Positions 60,440 through 64,000 of a DNA stretch of 64,000 nucleotides are shown here, one piece after another. The position numbers and the translations under genes were made by a program. Location: the NCBI GenBank assembly GCA_051530055.1, contig CM121341.1, forward strand, positions 2,531,561 to 2,595,560. The letters run 5' to 3'. Below the pieces are notes generated by a model. The model worked only from the letters and a program-made list of their open reading frames with translations. It was not told the origin of the DNA and searched no databases. The DNA is from Neoechinorhynchus agilis (taxonomy: Eukaryota > Animalia > Acanthocephala). Numbering within the stretch: position 1 is the stretch's first letter; every line of letters begins with the position of its first letter.

Positions 60440-60478
60440 CGAGACAAACACTAAAGATTTCTCCATCGAACTTTCAGA

Positions 60479-61321
60479 ATGTCTCTATTTCCAATCTCGC
60501 GCTACCGCCGCAACTTCTTCGACTTTGACAATCTGTTCGGTCCCGCGTTGGACCTGTTCGATCCATTTGACGACTACGATCTTTCCCTTCGTCCATCAGT
60601 GCGTCCGAGCCTCTTTTGGATTAATGAGCCTCCAACTCTCCTCGATGTCCACGGACGAAGACGTCCAAGACCAGAGAAGTTTCGAGTTACTCTGAATGTC
60701 CAGGGATTCGATAAAAAGGATTTGAAGACGGAAATCATAAACGGGCGATTGGTTATCAGTGCTCGAAGGCATGATAAATGCAATAAAACTGGAGATTTCG
60801 ATTCCCGTGAGTTCCAAAAGTCCTTTGAGGTTCCAAAGAATGCAATCGCCGATCAGATGACGAGTTTCGTGACCGGTGGAGGCGTTCTTGTTGTGGAGAT
60901 TCCTCTGAAAATGGAAGAGCGCGACGTAAAACCGTCCGGCGGCCATGGACAAGTTGGCCTCTTTGATTTTGACGAATTCTTTAACAGCAATTTCTTCCCA
61001 AAAGTCGTGGATACTCCAGACGGGAAAAAGAAGATTGAAATGAACGTTGACGTGAGTTCGTTTAAACCAAATGACGTGCAGGTGTCTCTTAAAGATAATG
61101 AGTTGGTCGTGAAAGCTGAACATTCTACACAACAGTCAGAGGATGGAAAACAAGGATTCTCGAGATCTTACTATTACAAGCAAGTCACTCTTCCACCAGG
61201 AACGGATGTTGAACATCTCACATCGCATTTCAGTGGAGGAAAACTCGTCCTTGAGGCTCCTTATGTCGCTCAGCTTAAAGAAGACGAAGGGCATAAGAAG
61301 ATCGAAGGTTCAAAAAAGTGA
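60479..61321 (+). CDS. Small heat-shock protein with two alpha-crystallin domains (p40/major-egg-antigen type), intronless
   Basis: KFRVTLNVQGFDKKDLKTEIINGRLVISARR...SREFQKSFEVP...GVLVVEIP and IEMNVDVSSFKPNDVQVSLKDNELVVKAEH...SRSYYYKQVTLPPG...GKLVLEAP. Confidence 0.92.
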   Translation: MSLFPISRYRRNFFDFDNLFGPALDLFDPFDDYDLSLRPSVRPSLFWINEPPTLLDVHGRRRPRPEKFRVTLNVQGFDKKDLKTEIINGRLVISARRHDKCNKTGDFDSREFQKSFEVPKNAIADQMTSFVTGGGVLVVEIPLKMEERDVKPSGGHGQVGLFDFDEFFNSNFFPKVVDTPDGKKKIEMNVDVSSFKPNDVQVSLKDNELVVKAEHSTQQSEDGKQGFSRSYYYKQVTLPPGTDVEHLTSHFSGGKLVLEAPYVAQLKEDEGHKKIEGSKK

Positions 61322-62689
61322 TCACTGATCATTCGTCTATTTTGGTAATGAATAGTTGTCTTTAATTATCCATCGAGAGAAGGGTAACGAGTGTAAAGAT
61401 TCGTTTTTAAAATCTTTAGTTCACTCTTTCATCTTTATTCATTGATTTCATCGCTATGTGTCTTTTCAATTCAAAGTTTTTTGACTCTGCCCAAAAATAG
61501 AAGATACGAGAAGAAACATTTTAGATAATAATGTTATTTTAAGGAATATTCACTGAAATAGTAATACATTTCAACATTTTGGCGATCGATGTTGTACTAA
61601 AGGAGTGCTTTGAACGAGTTGCTAATAATCTAAAGGGTCCATTAGTAAAAGCAATGAGCGTAGTTAAGGATTTATTAACGGACGTTATCCAGTTTGAATA
61701 GGAATCTCTTAGGGGCGAACAGTTGGTCGAAGTCAAAAAGTGCAAAGAAAAAAATCAAACTGCTCGAAGAGGCTTACAATGGTTCCAAACTGGAATTCTA
61801 AGAGACAAGCTAAAGATTTACAGAAATCGTCCAGTTCAGCGGTTATAAAGTGGAATACGGTTTTGTAAGGTGCCATCAGTATTGAATACTCAAATTATGA
61901 TTCGTTCGAAATGAGTGGTGTTCAAAAGATCGCAAATGCTTGCACAATTATTAAGGACTTGGTACCACTGTTAAAGATTATTCAGCCTGCAGCACTTAAT
62001 GATCAAAAATTACTGTGGAGGATAGGAAAAGTGAAAGCAATTCACCTCCAGTAAATAAGATTGAGCAAAAGGTCCTGAGCGCCTTCGAAGTGTGTGAATT
62101 AGCCAAGAGGCTGCCAAGGAACGAAAAACTCTAGCCGTAAGGCCCTGTGTGTATGCGATTTAAGAAAGATAAAATAAAACATCGCAAATTTCCACTGCCC
62201 CTCAACCTCAATAAAAACCTAATATTCACAGCATAAACCATCGCTTTTAACTAACACCCTAAAACATCCTTAACGCCCTAAAAAATCGAAGAGTAACCGG
62301 CTCCTCAACTTTTTTGACTATGTGCATCTGTAACGGCACCCCAATGGCCACAAAGGGTCACAATAAAAACACGGTGTCCGTCTCGAAACACGTAAATAAT
62401 TATCATTCAGCCTTACTGGTTCAGATAATGTTATTGCTGCTATCTGCGCTGAGCATGCTAACGATGTCAACGTTATTCTCCATGATGTGGTTTTCATTAC
62501 CATCGAGCCCAAGCGATAGCAACTCTCCAAGTGCAGTACAATAGGCCTGCAGGATTTCGCTAGGTTGTGGTGGTTAGCAGTAAAAATATCGACTTCTTGG
62601 CTCGTTACATGTTGTCAGCTCGTTTTGAAGAGTGTGCAAAGATTAAAATAGGCAAAAAGGTTTTCCGATGGTCGCTTGATAAATTCAGC

Positions 62690-63050
62690 GCGTCTACTCA
62701 CTCGCACTTTGATTTACGGTAAACTCGGGCCTTCGATAATACTTCTCGTTCGCAGAGGGATATTGATTGCGTTTAGCAAAAAGGACGGTAAGATGAGGAA
62801 CATTGCAATTGGTTGTACGTTATGCCGATTAGCTTCCAAGATTGCCTGCAAAATCACATCTCTTTTGGCGGTGTGTTCAGCAGGGTGATCCACTCGGTCC
62901 TTTACTGTTCAAATTGACTATCAATGAGCTAAGCAGCAGCCTTTAGTTGTCCCTCAAAGGACTAATCAATGCTCTTGGCAAAAACATAAAGCTCGTTCGT
63001 GAACAACGTGTCTCACTGGGATTGCTTCTGAGGTACAAAAAATGCGATAT
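62690..63050 (+). mobile_element. CRE-like RT relic
   Basis: LIAFSKKDGKMRNIAIGCTLCRLASKIAC; cagggtgatccactcggtcct encodes QGDPLGP. Confidence 0.65.
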
Positions 63051-63235
63051 CATCGCAAAAGACGTTCCTAAAATACATTATCACTTTGATTTTATCCCAG
63101 AAGTAAAAATATATGACTTGTTCTCTGTAAATCTACTCAGTCAACCTCATTCATTTTATCAAGTTGACAAATCTCTTCTCCAAAAAATGTTTATTTCCCA
63201 AAAATCGAGAACCAAATTATGAAAGCGATATCATC

Positions 63236-64000
63236 TTAAGCTAACCGCAGCTCTGCTACGCTGCTGAACAAGGGATCCGTGAATTTGATAGTAGATTTGA
63301 AAACGAAATCAACGTTATGAACTGCGTCAATCTGCAAACGAAAACGATATTCTAAATTCAGCGACGATAAGCAGTAAAAGCGAAGTATACCTTTCGAACC
63401 ACTTTCTTTTGCTCGTAGTGGTTCAAAACCGGCATTGTCTGTTGATGAAAAACAGTAAGTCGTTTCTGAATCGTTTCCATATTATCATCTACTCTATTGC
63501 TCGTCTTCGCTCTTCCCAATAAGCGTTCAATCATTACCTTATCGGGAACTTCAAATGAAATGAGCAATGTTGGTTCTCCAATCTGACAAAAAAATAAAAT
63601 AATAAATATTCTGAGAAAAAAGATCTCACATGTTTCTCCAGTTCAATCGCTTGATCCAGTTCTCTTGGATATCCATCGAGCAAAAATCCATTATAATTCC
63701 CCGCTTCTGAAACCATCTTCTTCAATATCATGTTTAGCACGGTTTTCTAAGCAAAAGCCTCAACTTTTTCACTTTAGAAACATGCAAACACTTACCATTG
63801 GAACTAGTTTTCCCTCTGCCATAATCTTAGACAGTTCCTTGCCAAGATCGGAACTGGATTGGATCTCTTCACGTAATAAATCGCCGGACGAGATATGAAG
63901 GGCGTTATAGCGTTCAGCCAGTTTCGCACATTGCGTGCCTTTTCCGCTTCCTGGCCCACCGAAAAGAATAAGAACTGGTTTATTCTTTAACGCGGATCGA
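63236..64000 (-). CDS. Adenylate kinase (AK1/UMP-CMP kinase family), 5'-incomplete; exons 64000-63796, 63746-63630, 63582-63391, 63331-63236
   Basis: [12 protein letters not shown]-loop, [27 protein letters not shown]. Three GT-AG introns (49, 47, 59 nt) keep the frame. Confidence 0.93.

Noticed and set aside
61540-62600. DNA transposase or other gene remnants
   Set aside because: Short protein-like stretches but no DDE or other diagnostic motif recognised.

Overview
AT-rich eukaryotic DNA, probably from an invertebrate animal (introns 47-59 nt; two-domain small HSP). No prokaryotic features. Host genes lie mostly at the window edges: the last exon of a LicD-family gene, an intronless MRG-domain gene, a heat-shock-element-driven double alpha-crystallin HSP, and a spliced adenylate kinase. 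The middle ~55 kb is a retroelement graveyard (RLE/CRE-like, CR1/L2-like and other LINEs, Penelope-like RT/GIY-YIG, Gypsy pol). It is folded into two adjacent mosaic giant palindromes (~5.6-36.5 kb and ~38.4-56.8 kb), which duplicate an AT-hook orphan gene and a HIPK-like pseudokinase. A secreted-protein gene is duplicated in direct orientation, and a divergent TFIIB-core ORF sits among Penelope pieces. The strongest hidden signal is at RNA level: about ten hammerhead-ribozyme motifs. These include (i) a three-copy ~200-bp element with a tRNA-like Pol III head and a hammerhead whose strands are in a non-circularly permuted order, (ii) a 220-bp fold-back insertion of two head-to-head Penelope-type hammerheads flanked by a 12-bp target-site duplication, and (iii) one complete minimal type I hammerhead. 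All alignments and folds were done by eye; boundaries are approximate unless exact motifs are quoted.
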